The notes under the pieces were generated by a model. It saw nothing but the letters and a program-made list of their open reading frames with translations. It did not search any database and was not told the origin of the DNA. A program made the translations under genes and the position numbers. This document shows positions 10,246 to 23,213 of a stretch of 41,509 bases of DNA, one piece after another. Location of the stretch: the NCBI GenBank assembly GCA_900088475.1, contig FLMG01003944.1, forward strand, positions 1-41,509. Reading direction: 5' to 3'. Position 1 is the first letter of the stretch; every line of letters starts with the position of its first letter. The stretch comes from Hyphochytrium catenoides (taxonomy: Eukaryota; Protista; Hyphochytriomycota).

Positions 10246-13158
10246 ATGAACGGAAGCACGATCGAGGCGCTGATGACGCCACCTCCATCGGTCCCTCCTC
10301 CAGCATCGACCACTACCATCAATGCCGTCCCTATAACACATCTTCGGGCCACAGAGGTGGCCGCCGCACTTCGAGAATGGTTGCCAAGGCTTACTGCGTC
10401 GACTCGGTTCCACGCAGTTGCACTGCTTGAAGATTTGAATGAACATATGGATCTTCCCCCCGTTCCCATGAGGGGCGGCATTGTGGTTAAGAAGCGCGGA
10501 AGGTATAACAAAGGCGATAAGGGTGCAGAAAGCGACTCACAAACTCGGCGCACAAGGAAACGAAAGCGCCCTGATCCTACAGCCCTTGCTACTGGTCCCT
10601 TAAGTGTTGAGTCCCTCCTCAGTGCGGCAACCGGCATGCCTTCGACGGACCCCAACTCTGTCTCAGTAATGTCTGGGGCATTGTTGGCCGCAGAGCTGGA
10701 AGGGGATGACCGCCTGCTAAAGGATGACCAGCAACTAAGACTCTCTCGGTCTAGACAGTGCGCTGTAGAAGGCTGTCAAAGAAGGTCGAGAGATACCGGG
10801 GGATTCTGTGCGGCCCATGGTAAGCTGCAGTCACTTGATGCAGCTGTGTTCCCTTAACTGAGCCTACAGGGGCTATACTTTCGAGGAACTTTAGCTTCTT
10901 CTTTCTCCCTTTGACTCTGCTCACTTCCATTTCTGTGGTCCTTCTCGTTGCGTTGTATTCTCTCGTAGCAGGTTTGTGACAGCTACTCTAGGCTAGTCTT
11001 TGTTTCCCTAGTTCTGAGCCGGACTGGATGCTTGTTATCTAACGTTACTCTTCGTCGCTGTGTACCTTCCTCCGAACACGATATCTGTCCACTTGGCTAC
11101 ACAGGCGGCGGAAAGCGATGTGCTCATGAAAACTGCGATCGCAGGGCTCTGAAATATGGATTCTGCTTGCGGCATGGTACCTTCTCAATCTTACCTCTTC
11201 CAAGACTCATAAGGCGGGTGTTAACTACCTTTTTTTCTAAATCTACCTCGTTTCTCGCTGTGTAACTTTAGGGGGAGGGCCACGATGCAGCGTCCTCGGC
11301 TGCGACAAGCCCGTGGACCGCACAAAGTTCTGCTATTCACATGGAGGAGGAAGACACTGCAAGCACGAACACTGTGAGGAGAGGATCCCATCTGGCGCTG
11401 GGGGCTTCTGCTTGATGCACGGTGGGAAGCTTTGCAGTGTAGATGGATGCGGAAGGTTGGCACACAGCCACGGAGTGTGCAAGATGCACAAGACGAAGCC
11501 TCACTGCATCCAAGAAGGATGCGATAGACCTGCGGTAGCTCGTTCGCTTTGTTATGTCCATGGGAAGGCGTACGCTTGCCAGCAGGAGGATTGTACCAAT
11601 CCCGCACTAAGAAAAGGAGGACGATGTAAGCTACACGGTGGAGGAAAGACTTGCTCTCTGAAGGAATGTGAAGGGACTCCTCTACGAAGCGGGACTTGCT
11701 TAGAGCATGGGGGAACGGATTTGTGCAAGATGGAGCGGTGCAGCAATATCTGCCTAACAGGTCAGTCTGCTTAGCGGGACAGAGAGGGACGACCAAAGCA
11801 GAATAGGAAGAAAGGATACCCGCCAGCAGCTTGTCAGAGGTTGCCAGCCTTTACTAAGCTAGGAGGCCAGTGAAAAATTGACGCTCTGAAGAGCTGGAGA
11901 TCAGTTTGGATTCAAGTGAGAGAGGAGATAGACTTGCTTTGAGGCGAGAAGACCGACTCAACAACCTCTTCACAGGTGGACTATGCAAGAGTCATGGAGG
12001 TGGCACAAGGAAGTGCAGCATAGAAGGTTGTACCAAGAATAAGCAGGGACCCACGGGGTTCTGCATTGCCCATGGTAATCCAAAAAGGAAGAGACAAGGG
12101 GGAGATCTTAGACGCCCGATAACAAACACTAGTCGTCGGCATAGCCGGGGCGCCAGTCTTACTTGCACCTGTTACGTATTGCAATATGGCCTGTTTGCAT
12201 TAAACTGCTTCTTGTTCCCGCTCTCTCTACCTGCAGGCGGGGGTTTGCGCTGTAGAATAACAGGTTGTGGGAAGCTGGCGGAGAGCGCAGGCCTCTGTGT
12301 CGGTCATGGTGGAAGAGGGAGAAGAGGGAAATGCAAGTATCCCCGTTGCGAGCAGTTTGCTGACAAGGTAGACGCAAGTTCTCTCCCTACTCAACGAGGT
12401 TTCTGCGTAGACCTTGATGTCTCACTCATTTCGCTATTCCTCCTTCCAAACGTGGTTCGCCTTCGTAATCGTTCCCCTAATGCCACATGCCATGAGTGCT
12501 TCCAGCGCGCTCCTCACCCATTTCTCTTTGTAGGGAGGACTTTGTCATCCACACGGTGGCGGTCGAAGGTGCAAGGCCCAAAACTGCGGCAAAGTTGCCC
12601 TCAAAGGTGGCTACTGCCATAGACACGGTGGAGGAAGAACCTGCGAGCATGAAGGGTGCGAGCATCAGGTGAGTGGGCCACTAAAAAATGGCTCTGGTGA
12701 CATCTGCCTGCCACCCCACTGTCATCTGAGTCTGGCTTTTTCTGACTCCCGTGTCCTTCCTTTCGTCTTCATCTCCTCCCTCGTCCTTTTCCTGTTAATG
12801 GCCGATTTGTCTTTGTTGTTGGGGATGTCAAGATAGCATAAGCATGTCTTAGATCTACATCTTAAAGTCGTCAATCTTGTCTTCTGTGGAGCCCTAGTTT
12901 GTCTTTTGAGCCTTGTCCTCATGGCCGATTCGCCTCTCTCGCACTGACTCAAAGATATGCGGTTGGACTTTCTTGCAGGTACCTCCCAAGGCCTCCTACT
13001 GTCTTCGGCATGGAGGTGGGCACCAATGCCTCTTCGACAGCTGTAGGGCACACACCTACAGTGGCGATTTCTGCAAGAAGCATAAGCCAGCGCTACCCCA
13101 CATCTCAGATGCAGACCTTGGCATGCTCCCTGATCCAATGCAGAGAGCTGAGGTCTAG
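10246..13158 (+). CDS. WRKY19-like CCCH zinc-finger repeat protein with 15 fingers (about 559 aa), putative nucleic-acid-binding regulator
   Basis: 7 exons with GT-AG introns and consistent phase: 10246-10819, 11105-11176, 11272-11760, 11976-12074, 12237-12367, 12534-12668, 12979-13158 (1680 nt). Repeats of C-x4-C-x9/11-C-x2-H(GGG). A basic NLS-like RRTRKRKRP lies in exon 1. Confidence 0.92.
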
Positions 13159-13992
13159 GACAGCACTTATCACCTCTCATCAGCGCTCTCACGTGGGCTT
13201 TCATGCGTGATAACCTTGTTCGTATTGGCGAGGACGATGGGTCAATTGATCAACAATGACTTACGTGGGGACCAGATTAGACGAAGAGGTTGTTCTTCTC
13301 CTAGTAAGCTTTCTCTCGGGCTACTTCAAGGACTTTACTAATCCCCGCCTTCCATGGGGCTCGTCAGGGTGACTGGAGCTAATTCTCTAGGCTCTGTCTC
13401 ACAGCTGTACATTTTGCACAGCCTTCTCTTTTGGCTATCCGCTGTGACTTTCTATCTGTCTATTTGGGGCTGCCGGAAGACCAGGAATACTTTCAACCGG
13501 CTGATTGTGACAAGACCAGCCTGACGACTCCAATTATTCCCACCCCTGGTCCTTCCTTTATGGCTCATAGCCTCATTCTACCGACTGTCTTGAAGTGGCC
13601 TAGCTAGACTCCACTCTCTCCGTTATTGTTGTCTTTCTAACACCTAACACTGCGTCGCTTGTTCCCTTATGAACAAATAAGCATTGCTCATGATGTTAGA
13701 GCTGAAGGCCGCCCATCTCAGCCGCATCAAAGCTCCTCCTTCTTCTCGGGAAAGATCTGCTATTCGGCAATCTCCTTTTCTCTGGAATTGTGCTCTAGCT
13801 TCTGGGCTTTCGATTTTTTTGGTCCCGTTTCCTCTGCCTATCCTCTGCTTATTTAGAGAAGTATGGGGTGCCTCCAATGTTGACGTTCGATTGATCGAAT
13901 TTTGCACAGCAGAGAATACTTTGCAAGTCGGGTCTCATGGCACACTTTATAAGTAGTGATCTTCTCTATCTGTCGGCTCCCGTGCCCTCTGT

Positions 13993-16900
13993 CTACACCC
14001 TGTTCTTCAGCTTAGGGTTGAGTTGTCCACATTCATCTCCCTTGGTATTCCTCTCATTCTGCTCTTGTTGCTCCCAGTATAATGCTGCGTCAATGATAGA
14101 GTTCAGGGCGGCCCTGAGGGAAGATAGAAGGCAGGTACAGTTAGCTTGCAAAAGATATAGAGAAGAACGACATCAAAGAACAGATCTCCAAGACGGATAA
14201 GGATAGTCGCAGAGGAGGAAGGGGAAAGCAGAGAATGTTCAAGACTCGACACCCACGAACGCACCCATAGCTCCCCATAATGTGCGCCCGTGGCTTCCTT
14301 GCCATCCTCTTCAGCAGAAAACGCTCGACATCAGATGGAGAGAGGAGAAATCTTCCATGTCCGGACGGATCAATGAGAACTTCCTCTCCAACGTGCTTGT
14401 AAGAGTCGGTCCAGCTCTTGATCCCCATAAATTTAGGGGAGCCAGTGATGAGGTCCCCATCACAAACCACACGATAAGAGGAGGGCACTAAGTGATTGTA
14501 GACTTGGGCGAAGGTGTGGTTACCTGCAGAGAGAGAGGGCACATAAAAGACGGAGTGACTTAGAACGACAGTAGGCAAGAAATTGGTTTACGCAGGCGTT
14601 AGAGGCAGGTATGACCGGACCACGGAGGAAAGGCGGACGGCCAGCAAGGTGGAGCTGTGAAGACACTGTTATCCATCACTGGGATGGGAAGCGCCTCAAG
14701 AGAAGGTCTTCCTTTATACAGAAAAGAAGACTATTGAGTCTGGAAAGACAATTGACGAGGGGACGAAGCCAAACGAGAGAGAGCCTAGGGATAAAATCTG
14801 TAAGGGAACGGAGTGAGGATAAATAGAGAGGGAGAAGAGATATTGAAGGGGAGAAAGGATCTGCACAAACCGATCCTGGGCGCCCCATAACTGTACATGA
14901 TAACGTCAGCAGGGACCTTGAGGGCCAAATCTAAAGCCATCAACGTGGCCATCGCGCCTCCCAAGCTATGCCCTACATGGAGATCAGGGTGGTAAGCTCA
15001 GCCATAAACCCCAGAAGCGCAGAGAGGGCGATAAGGAGGATAGGTATCCTCAAACGGACTAAAAGGCTTTTGCAGAGCAAGAGACAGAGAGAGAAAGAGA
15101 GAGCGGATTGGCAGAAGTGAAACGGTAGCTACAAAGAGACCAAGCAGACAGCAGGCCGCGGAGACAATCGGCAGAAGCATCAGTTTAGCGCTAGAGGGGA
15201 CACAATGGATTGAACGGCGTGAGAAGGGAAGTATAGATCGCTCGTAGATAATAAAGAGCTGTTTGAGCAGACGGAGAAATTTTCAAGTACTAGGCAGGAG
15301 GCGAGACCTGTAACATATATCTGCGCTTGCCCTTCCTCTGCTAACGTCCGCTGAACTATTGCGCGCACCTCATCCCTCATCGCAAGGGTTGCACTCCAGA
15401 AGCCCCGGTGACAGAAGGCCCTCTTAAAAGCTGCGGCCATAGCTGCAGACAGGGACCCTGGAAGAAAAGAAAGTGGAGGTGTCAGGGCACCTGTCCACTC
15501 TCTCTCTGTCTCTCTCTTATCTTCTCGTTCCCTCTTTTCCTCTCCTTGTCTCTTTTCCCCCAGTTTCCTTCTGCCTTCATTTTCCCTCTCCTCTCTGTGC
15601 CTGTCCTCTTACCTTCACCTCCATCTTTCCCTATATCTGTCTCCATCATGTCGACGTCCAAGTCCACAAGCGCATTAGCTCTATTGCATGTCCCTCGAAA
15701 CGCGACAATGATCCTCTTGGCATCTCTTACGACGATTGACCGCGTTCCGTACGCAGCGTGGTCGTATTCTCCCACCAGCTTGAGCTGCATGTGCGCTGAC
15801 AGAGATCGGATAAGGAAGGATAGCGATTTTGATTGGCCGGAGGATTCCAAAGAAGTGAAAGATAACCCGACACAGAGCAACGAGGGATGGAGAAGAAAGG
15901 AGGCAGGAAAGAACGCAAGAGTGGTTGACCGTTGACTACGTTATTCTCATTGATTGCACTAGGCGAGAGAGAGAGAGAGAGAGAGAAGAGTTCAGAAAGT
16001 CCAAAGAGCCAAATGAAAGAGACAAAGGGACATCGGCACTGCAGGAGCGGCATGGTTGACGAAAGGAGCAAGTCTAAGGATAAAAGCAAAAAAGCCAGAG
16101 AGGGAAGAAAGCAATAAGTAGCTTTTTGATGTTCCTTGACTATTATTCGAGTGCTCTGATTAAGTCTCTTACCTAGGGTGTGGATCAGAATGGGATAGTC
16201 GCTGTCAAAGTAGACGATGTAGCTGAGGTTGTACAGGATACATGCTGTCTCCACAGAGAATCTTAATGCACAGAGTGGAAGGAGGGAGTTAGAGGATCAA
16301 CGGAGAAGCCGACAGAGCCAAATCCTGTCATCTTCTGCAGTCTAACTCTCCCTTCTCTTCAGATGCCTTGCCATCCATTAGCTTCCCTTTAGTTTTCAGG
16401 ACTATCCTTGGTCATCGTCTTACTCTCCTCCTTGCTACATCAGGTCACACTATTGGTGTTCTGAAGAGGTATCTTATCCTATACGGTCGGTCCTATGTTG
16501 AAGCTCTCCTTGTCCGCCGGCTTCTCTCCATCTCTATGTCAAAGGTCGCGCTCTCTCTCCAATTTTGTCCTTCCGCTCCTTCTCTCAATAACTCTTTCTT
16601 TCTCACTCAACAACTCTTTTTTCTAACCTCTTCTTGTTCCTTCTGGATTGACCGCTAAGAAGCTGTGTAATTCCCGTTGGATCATTCACTTCCTGCACCG
16701 ATTCCGTCAGCCGCCGCGTGAGAATGACGTTTCTCACGGTTTTCTGCAGCCGACGAAGTGCAGAAGGCGACGAAGAGGAGAGAGACGCAGAGGTTTTTGC
16801 ACTTATCCTACAAAGAAAGTGGGAAAGAGTGAGAAACGCGCCGAGTTAGAAGATCGGCAAGGTAGGAGCCTGGAGTGAACGAGAAGTCGAAAGAAAGGCA

Positions 16901-19900
16901 AGCGCCCTTGAGGTTTGCCCAACAACCAGCGTGAGCCCCATTCGCGGAACGGGGAGTAAAAAAAAGCGTGTACGGAAGGAGAGTAATGACTACCTCACGG
17001 CAAAAGTGAGAGGCATGGAACTGAGTGAAGAACGAACCCGGTATCGAAAGAGAGTCAAGAAGAAACATTAAGGAAGAAGAGAAGCATGAAGACTCTTCCT
17101 TGATACTTACTCCTCCGCGTACGTGAAGCCGAAAACGTCTCTGATATGCTTAGTGGGCCTTCCCAGAGCGATGGACAATAGGATGAACTGCGCGACAAGC
17201 ATGAAGTTCTAGCAGGATAGAGACGCAGGAAGGGAGGAAAACTTTTAGACCAGCATTCTTCTAAAGACCTAACCGCACAGAAGAGAGAGACAAAGCCCCA
17301 AGAAGTGCGGAAAGAGGACAAAAACTTAGAACTTCAAAGAAGTAACAGGACTTAGCAGGCGGGAATGAGCGGACTAGAGAAGGAGAAGGGAGTGTGCTAA
17401 AGAGGGGCAGGAAGAGGGCATATTTCTCTCTTCCGAGGAACTTCCTTTCCGATCAGCGTCCATCTTTTTTCCTCGATTCTGTAGAGACATACCTTTGCCA
17501 GTACGAGATGGGCCATAGCTCCATTGCTAGGGGTTCTTGAGATAGTGAGGGGCTCCATACGGCTGATGGTTCGACGTAAAGAGAGGGACAGGACCAAGAA
17601 GAGAACGCAAAAGCACTAGAAGACACGAATAGAGGCAATGCAGAGCAAGTCAAAGTGAGAGCGCGGCCATAGGAAACGGGACAAGAAACTCAGGAACGGC
17701 ACAGGAGCTATGTCTGACAGAGATTACGCTTAGAAGAAAGAGACATGAAGTGAAGAGAAACATGCTAAAATGAAAGGCTGAGCACTGTCCAAAATGAACC
17801 TCAAGACTACGAAGTAGAGTCAGAGATATTGACAGTTCAAGAAGGTGGAAGCTTGTCGTGTCATATAAGAGCGGAAGACGAGGAGAGAGGAGAGAAAGCT
17901 GACAGAGGAAAAAAGAGAGAAGATAGTGAAAAACCGAATGAAATGCTAAGATGCTGCTGTCGCACCTGCAACATTAGGAGAGAGAAGCAGAGTTGCTGGA
18001 AGCGTGTCGTCACAAAGTTCATCTTGTGCAACTCCTTCTGTCCGCGGTAGAACAGGACACAAAGCCACACAGCCCAAATTAACAGACTCATCTGCGATAA
18101 GATGAGGAGAGAAAAGTCTACATATCGTATGAGAGTAAAGAGAGAAGAGTGGCGGTCAGCCGTCAGCCTGCAAAGTGGACGAAAGCGCAGATAGGCGATG
18201 TCTTTGCAATATCAAGGCCAGAGATTATGAGAAGAAGGGAGTGACAAGGGAGAGACAGCGTACCAACAGCATCTTCTCCGGGGTCTGAGTAGGTCGATCT
18301 GGCAGTGTAGTTGGACTTGAAGCAACCGTAAAGAAGGAGAATCGCGAGGGAGAGGATAAAGTAGAGCATTTTCCACAGATATGAAGGAAGGTCTGCTGCG
18401 AAGGAGACAGATTTGACCTTGCGGAGATTATCTACTAGAAGCAGTATGCCCTGAGGAAGAAGGATTGATCAGCTACATTGCTCGTTGGAAGAGGTGAAGA
18501 GAGAGAATGAAAGAGACGAGAAAAAACGTGGTAGGGAAGCGAAAGGCAGGGACAGACAAGTTGAAAGGCACAGAGGTGAGACACACGGTGAGGTATGGCA
18601 ACACAGATTAAAGTTATTTACCACTCTTATCGTGACCACGGCCAAGGAGTGCAGGATAATCGAGAGCAAGCGGAAGACAGGAGAAGAGCGTCCGGACCAG
18701 CTCTGAACCGTCAGTACAGGATCCGCCTCCAAAATAACTACAGAGAAAGAGCCGTAGGGCATGTGAGAGAGAGGGCCACAACGATAGATAGAGAAACGTA
18801 GGGAACACGTGGTTAGGTAAGGGGGAAGGAACATGTGTAAGTGCAAAGCTAAAGTTAGACAGAAGCAGCAATCTAAACGTTGGAGACAGAGGAGAAGCCA
18901 CTAAATAGATGGTCTGAACATTGAGGTAGATGAGAGAGAGAAAGAAGCAGCGTTTCCGTTCCGCTACCTGCGCCTAGTAGAACGGCAAGAATCTTCTGTT
19001 CTGTCACCCACTTTTTCCCATTCTCTTTTGACGACATGTGAAGGATGTAGAAGACAAAGTTGAAAAGAGCTACGCCGAGCAGTAGAGACGAGAGTGTGTG
19101 AAAAGCCTTCAGGTTGGTCTCAGCACCATAGTCCACCCTGCGCCGATAAGTAAGCATTAACAGCGGGAGAGGACCAGTTAGTAGAGGCCAAGAGAGTCAA
19201 AGCCCAGCATGGGGGAGCATATGTTTCCATATTGCTAGAGGAGTAATAGTGAGCAGAGCGATTAATTTTCGGTTCGTTAGGCGTTCGCGTTGCCCAGTTC
19301 CTTCCAGTTCTCTCTTTCTCTCTCTCTCTTTTTCTTCCCTTCCCTGTCTCCGTTTCTCTCCCTCCCCTCTGCTGCATCTTTATCCCAATCTTTCTTTTAC
19401 GCACTCATAGCTGCTTTTGCGGGCCTTTCTACTCACTCACATGAGGTTAGGCCCCACCCAGAAGGCTTCCGAAGGGTAGGAGACCTCAAAGGAAATGTTT
19501 GGAGCTCCAAAGTTTACCGAGGGTAGGCCATCCTCAGACACTAGCGGTAGAGACACCACATAGGACCGGGAGCAGGAGAGAACAGAGCAGATTGCCGAAG
19601 TGCAGAAGCAAGATACTGGCACCTGTCAGTGTTTTGGAGAGAGAAAAGCAACGAGACAGGGAAAGAGCAACAGATAGATGAATAGAAAGAGAGGACGCAG
19701 AATGGGGGAGAAGAAAGGGGTAAGTGGCAACAAGAGCTAGTGTCCGACCCAGAAGGACAAGTTTAGAACAGGAGCATAGTTCAATATGCTTACTTGAGAC
19801 ATTCAATGAACCCACAGAAAGAGAGAGAGCGACGGGATCAACAGGTCACGTAGAGCAGAAACAATAGAGACGTAGAAAAGATAGATGAGAGGCGAAGAGA

Positions 19901-21581
19901 GAGGGAGAGATAGAGAAAAGAAAGACCGACTCTCAGAGAGTGAGGAGAGATGGGAAGAGAAAGAGTGCGCATTGAGGGATAAGGCTCACCTGATATGTGA
20001 CAGACAACGGAGACTGATCCGCTAAGAACGCTTTCACTTTAAGCGGGATCCAGCCCGACCGCCTGCCAGTCCGAGATGATTCTGATAGATCTCTGACTAA
20101 GGAGGCGTTCAGCTGTGGGGAGTCTATAAGAAGTGTAAGGAAGGAAAAAGACGGCGATAGAGGCGGTATCTGGAGTCTCGAGACTTCTTCAGAAGCGTTG
20201 ATAGGATTGGCCAGACTGCAGTTTGTTGCCGCTGTAAGCCAAGAGAGCGGGAAAACGTGAGACAAAAGATGGAGGTTTCCAGCAGAAAGGAAAGGCGAGA
20301 GCCGTGGAGATGAACGGTGGAGGCAACACATTGAAAGCAGCTCTATAAAGGAAGGGATAAACATAAGGACGAGGACTGGAAACAGAAAAAAGCGACAAGA
20401 ACAAGGCAACCTCTGTACCAAGACTCCATGCTCATAAAGAACCAGGCCGCAGAGGGAAAGAGTAAAATAAATGGAGGCATGTACCAAAAGGAGAAGAAAG
20501 ATGAGATAACACCTGTCACATCCTGCACGGGGCATGCCCTCTTCAGATAAGTGGGACCTGCAACCCAGCTCACATATCCAGGCCAGAGAGAGAGGGAGAG
20601 AGAAAAGAGGAAGGAGAAAAGCAGCAAGAACATCATCATCTTCATTGACCGCCCTGACATTGTTTCAAGCCTGATACAAGCGCTGTGTCTGCTAGAGTGG
20701 TTTCCTCGAGGGCACTTATTAACCTACGGAGGGACAGTAGAAAAGACGAGCAAGAGAGACAGAGAACCAAGTAAGAAGGCACCATGGCGTCGCCGAGAAA
20801 GAGAACCCTCCACCACCGTCATTTGCTGTTCAGGAGAGAGAGTGAAAGGGGAAGAGAAGGGAAAGAGAGAGAGAAAGGAACCAGATACCATTCCTCTTCT
20901 CTCTTACCCTGCTCACATCTACCAGCTCAGTATGTAAGACAGGTTTGATGGTGGGTCCTAACACGCCACTGGACAGATAGAGCGCCCCTTCTTGGCGTCC
21001 CTTGGTAGCGGAAGAGACGGGAAGAGTCGGAGATACAGCAGCAGCGGCAGNNNNNNNNNNNNNNNNNNNNNNNNNNNNNNNNNNNNNNNNNNNNNNNNNN
21101 NNNNNNNNNNNATTCGTAGGTCTGCGCTGTCTCTATGGTGAAGGCGCCATAGCAGCCGTAGCAGAAGAGGATGCCTAATAGACTTAAGAGCACCACTAGC
21201 GCGATAGTGGTAAAGGCATAAGCAGAGCCTGGCGAGGGGCGAGATGAAAGAAAGAAAGAAAGAAAGAGAGAGACAGAGAAGAGAGACACAAGAAAGAGAG
21301 AGAGACAAGAAAGAGAGAGGGACAGAGAGACAGAGAAAGCCAGCAAACGGGGCAGAGAGATTAAGAGAAGATTAATCAGCAACAAAGAAGGGATCTCTTT
21401 CTAAGGAAGGAGGAGGGAAGAAGAACGAACCAGCGGAGAGAAGATATAGACTAACCCAAGATACGGCAGTCGTCGATGCCTAACTACACGTTTAAGTGCA
21501 TGGATTCTTACTAACACTGTCTCTCACTCTCCGTTTCTTGGCCAACGCTTCCTACTGTTCGTTCGTCTTTATCCTCTGCCC

Positions 21582-21615
<34 letters not shown>

Positions 21616-21890
21616 TCTCTTCCTCCTCCCCTCTCCCACACATACAAACACTTTTCTCTATTGCCCTTTCTCTCTCTCGTACCCTCTTTCGTTCGTACCT
21701 TCCAGCTGACAGATGCCATTGGCTCCGGCCTGACGGTTGCAAGCAAAGAAGACCTCATCAAAGGGACAGCGGCAGCCATTTGCGGTTGCACAGCCTTCTC
21801 CCTCGTTAAACGAAGAGAACCCGAAGAGAGCACTTGCATCTTTGCAGACAGGGAGCTCTCTATGTGATAGAGGGACGATGGAGGGCTTCA
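13993..21890 (-). CDS. Wntless/TMEM181-like 8-TM membrane protein fused to a C-terminal class-3 lipase (Lipase_3); 5' end unresolved
   Basis: 17 phase-consistent, stop-free exons (2523 nt, 840 aa): 20513-20723, 19990-20231, 19441-19622, 18968-19137, 18622-18737, 18264-18450, 17966-18117, 17493-17615, 17111-17208, 16999-17020, 16628-16743, 16173-16261, 15613-15795, 15308-15457, 14871-14972, 14265-14523, 13993-14113. Lipase motifs: IVAFRGT, HRGF, IYVTGHSLGGA, YGAPRIGN, DGDLIT, AHIMGSY. Further upstream exons are likely at 20923-21228 (spans an N gap) and 21699 to about 21890. Confidence 0.85.
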
Positions 21891-22363
21891 CAGTGTTCTG
21901 TGGCTCATCCAACGCAGAAGAGAAAGAGAAGAGACAGAAGAGAGAGAATGGAAGGAACAGGGGAAGAGGCTACGATAATAGAGAGAAGAGAAGGTCATCG
22001 GCGCCAAATAAATGAGACAAATAGAGAATCGAGGGACCAACAGAGGCAGAGATCGTGAGAAGGCATGAGAGAGAAGAGAGAGAGAGAGAGAGAGAAAGAG
22101 AGAGGGAGAAGGAGAATAGAAAGAGAGGAGGAGAGAAGGGGAGAGAGACCTGATGCAGACAAGCAAAACACAGGCAATGAGGTAGATGACTGGGTAACTC
22201 ATCACGAAAAGGAAAGCAAAGGAAGGCGAGGTTAGGTTAGGAAAAGAACGGGCAAGAGATGAGCAAGACAGTGAAAGAGAGAGGTAACCAAGAGGCAATA
22301 TGATAAAATGATGGGGAGGAGGAAAGAGGAGAGATTGCCGAAGGGACGGTCTGAGAGTTTACC

Positions 22364-23139
22364 TTGACGACTGACATCTGTCTCTTGGCGTTCGAAAGAG
22401 AGCGCTACAAGCTGGGAACACTCTTTTCTCTCTTTATAAAGCCTCTCAGTGTAGAGAGAGTGCCCCTGCTTCCCTATCCGAATCTCTCTCCTTCCTCATC
22501 TCTCATGCTCTCGTCCCCTTGTGTCAGCCAGTTGCTCCTGCTGTCCAGTTAGGGCTGACGCCGCGCGAGGAGAAACAGTTAAAATGTTCCCATAAATGTA
22601 TGTAAAAAAAGTAGTATTGGTGCAGGACTAGGGCTGTGACGACACGGGTAGGATGGAAGAGGAAAGGAAGGGGTAAGAGAGAGAGAGAGAAAGAAAGAAA
22701 GAAAAGAGAAGAGAAGAGAAGAGAGATGCTCAGGTAATCGGATCCCCCGAGTCCCTTAACACTGCAACCATCTCCTTGTGACCACCTGAGAGGAGCGCGG
22801 CACTGTGATAAGAAGAAGCACCCTTTTCTGCTCGTCCCAGGGACTCTGAAGCGGTCTGTGCTCCCGCCTCTCTCTCCCTTTTCTTGACAGGAGAGCTCAC
22901 AGAGAAAAGGAAGAGGCAGACCATCAAGCAGCGCGAGGAAGCGGACAGCTCTTGAGGAACATTGAGTTGTCAGTGTTATAGCAGGAAGAGGAGAGAGAAA
23001 ACAGAGAGGAGAGAGATGAAGAGCGAGAGAGAGGGAGAGAAATAGGCAGAGCAGGGCAGGAATAGAGACCGAGACGACGAGAGGCAGCGAGAAAGAGAGA
23101 GAATGAGCGGAAGATGAAGTGCACAGAGAGAGAGAGAGA

Positions 23140-23170
<31 letters not shown>

Positions 23171-23182
23171 CGAAAGAGAGCG

Positions 23183-23213
<31 letters not shown>

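Noticed and set aside
10246-13158. Calling the zinc-finger genes true WRKY transcription factors
   Set aside because: There is no WRKYGQK domain, only the CCCH-GGG repeat that shares the WRKY19-like label.
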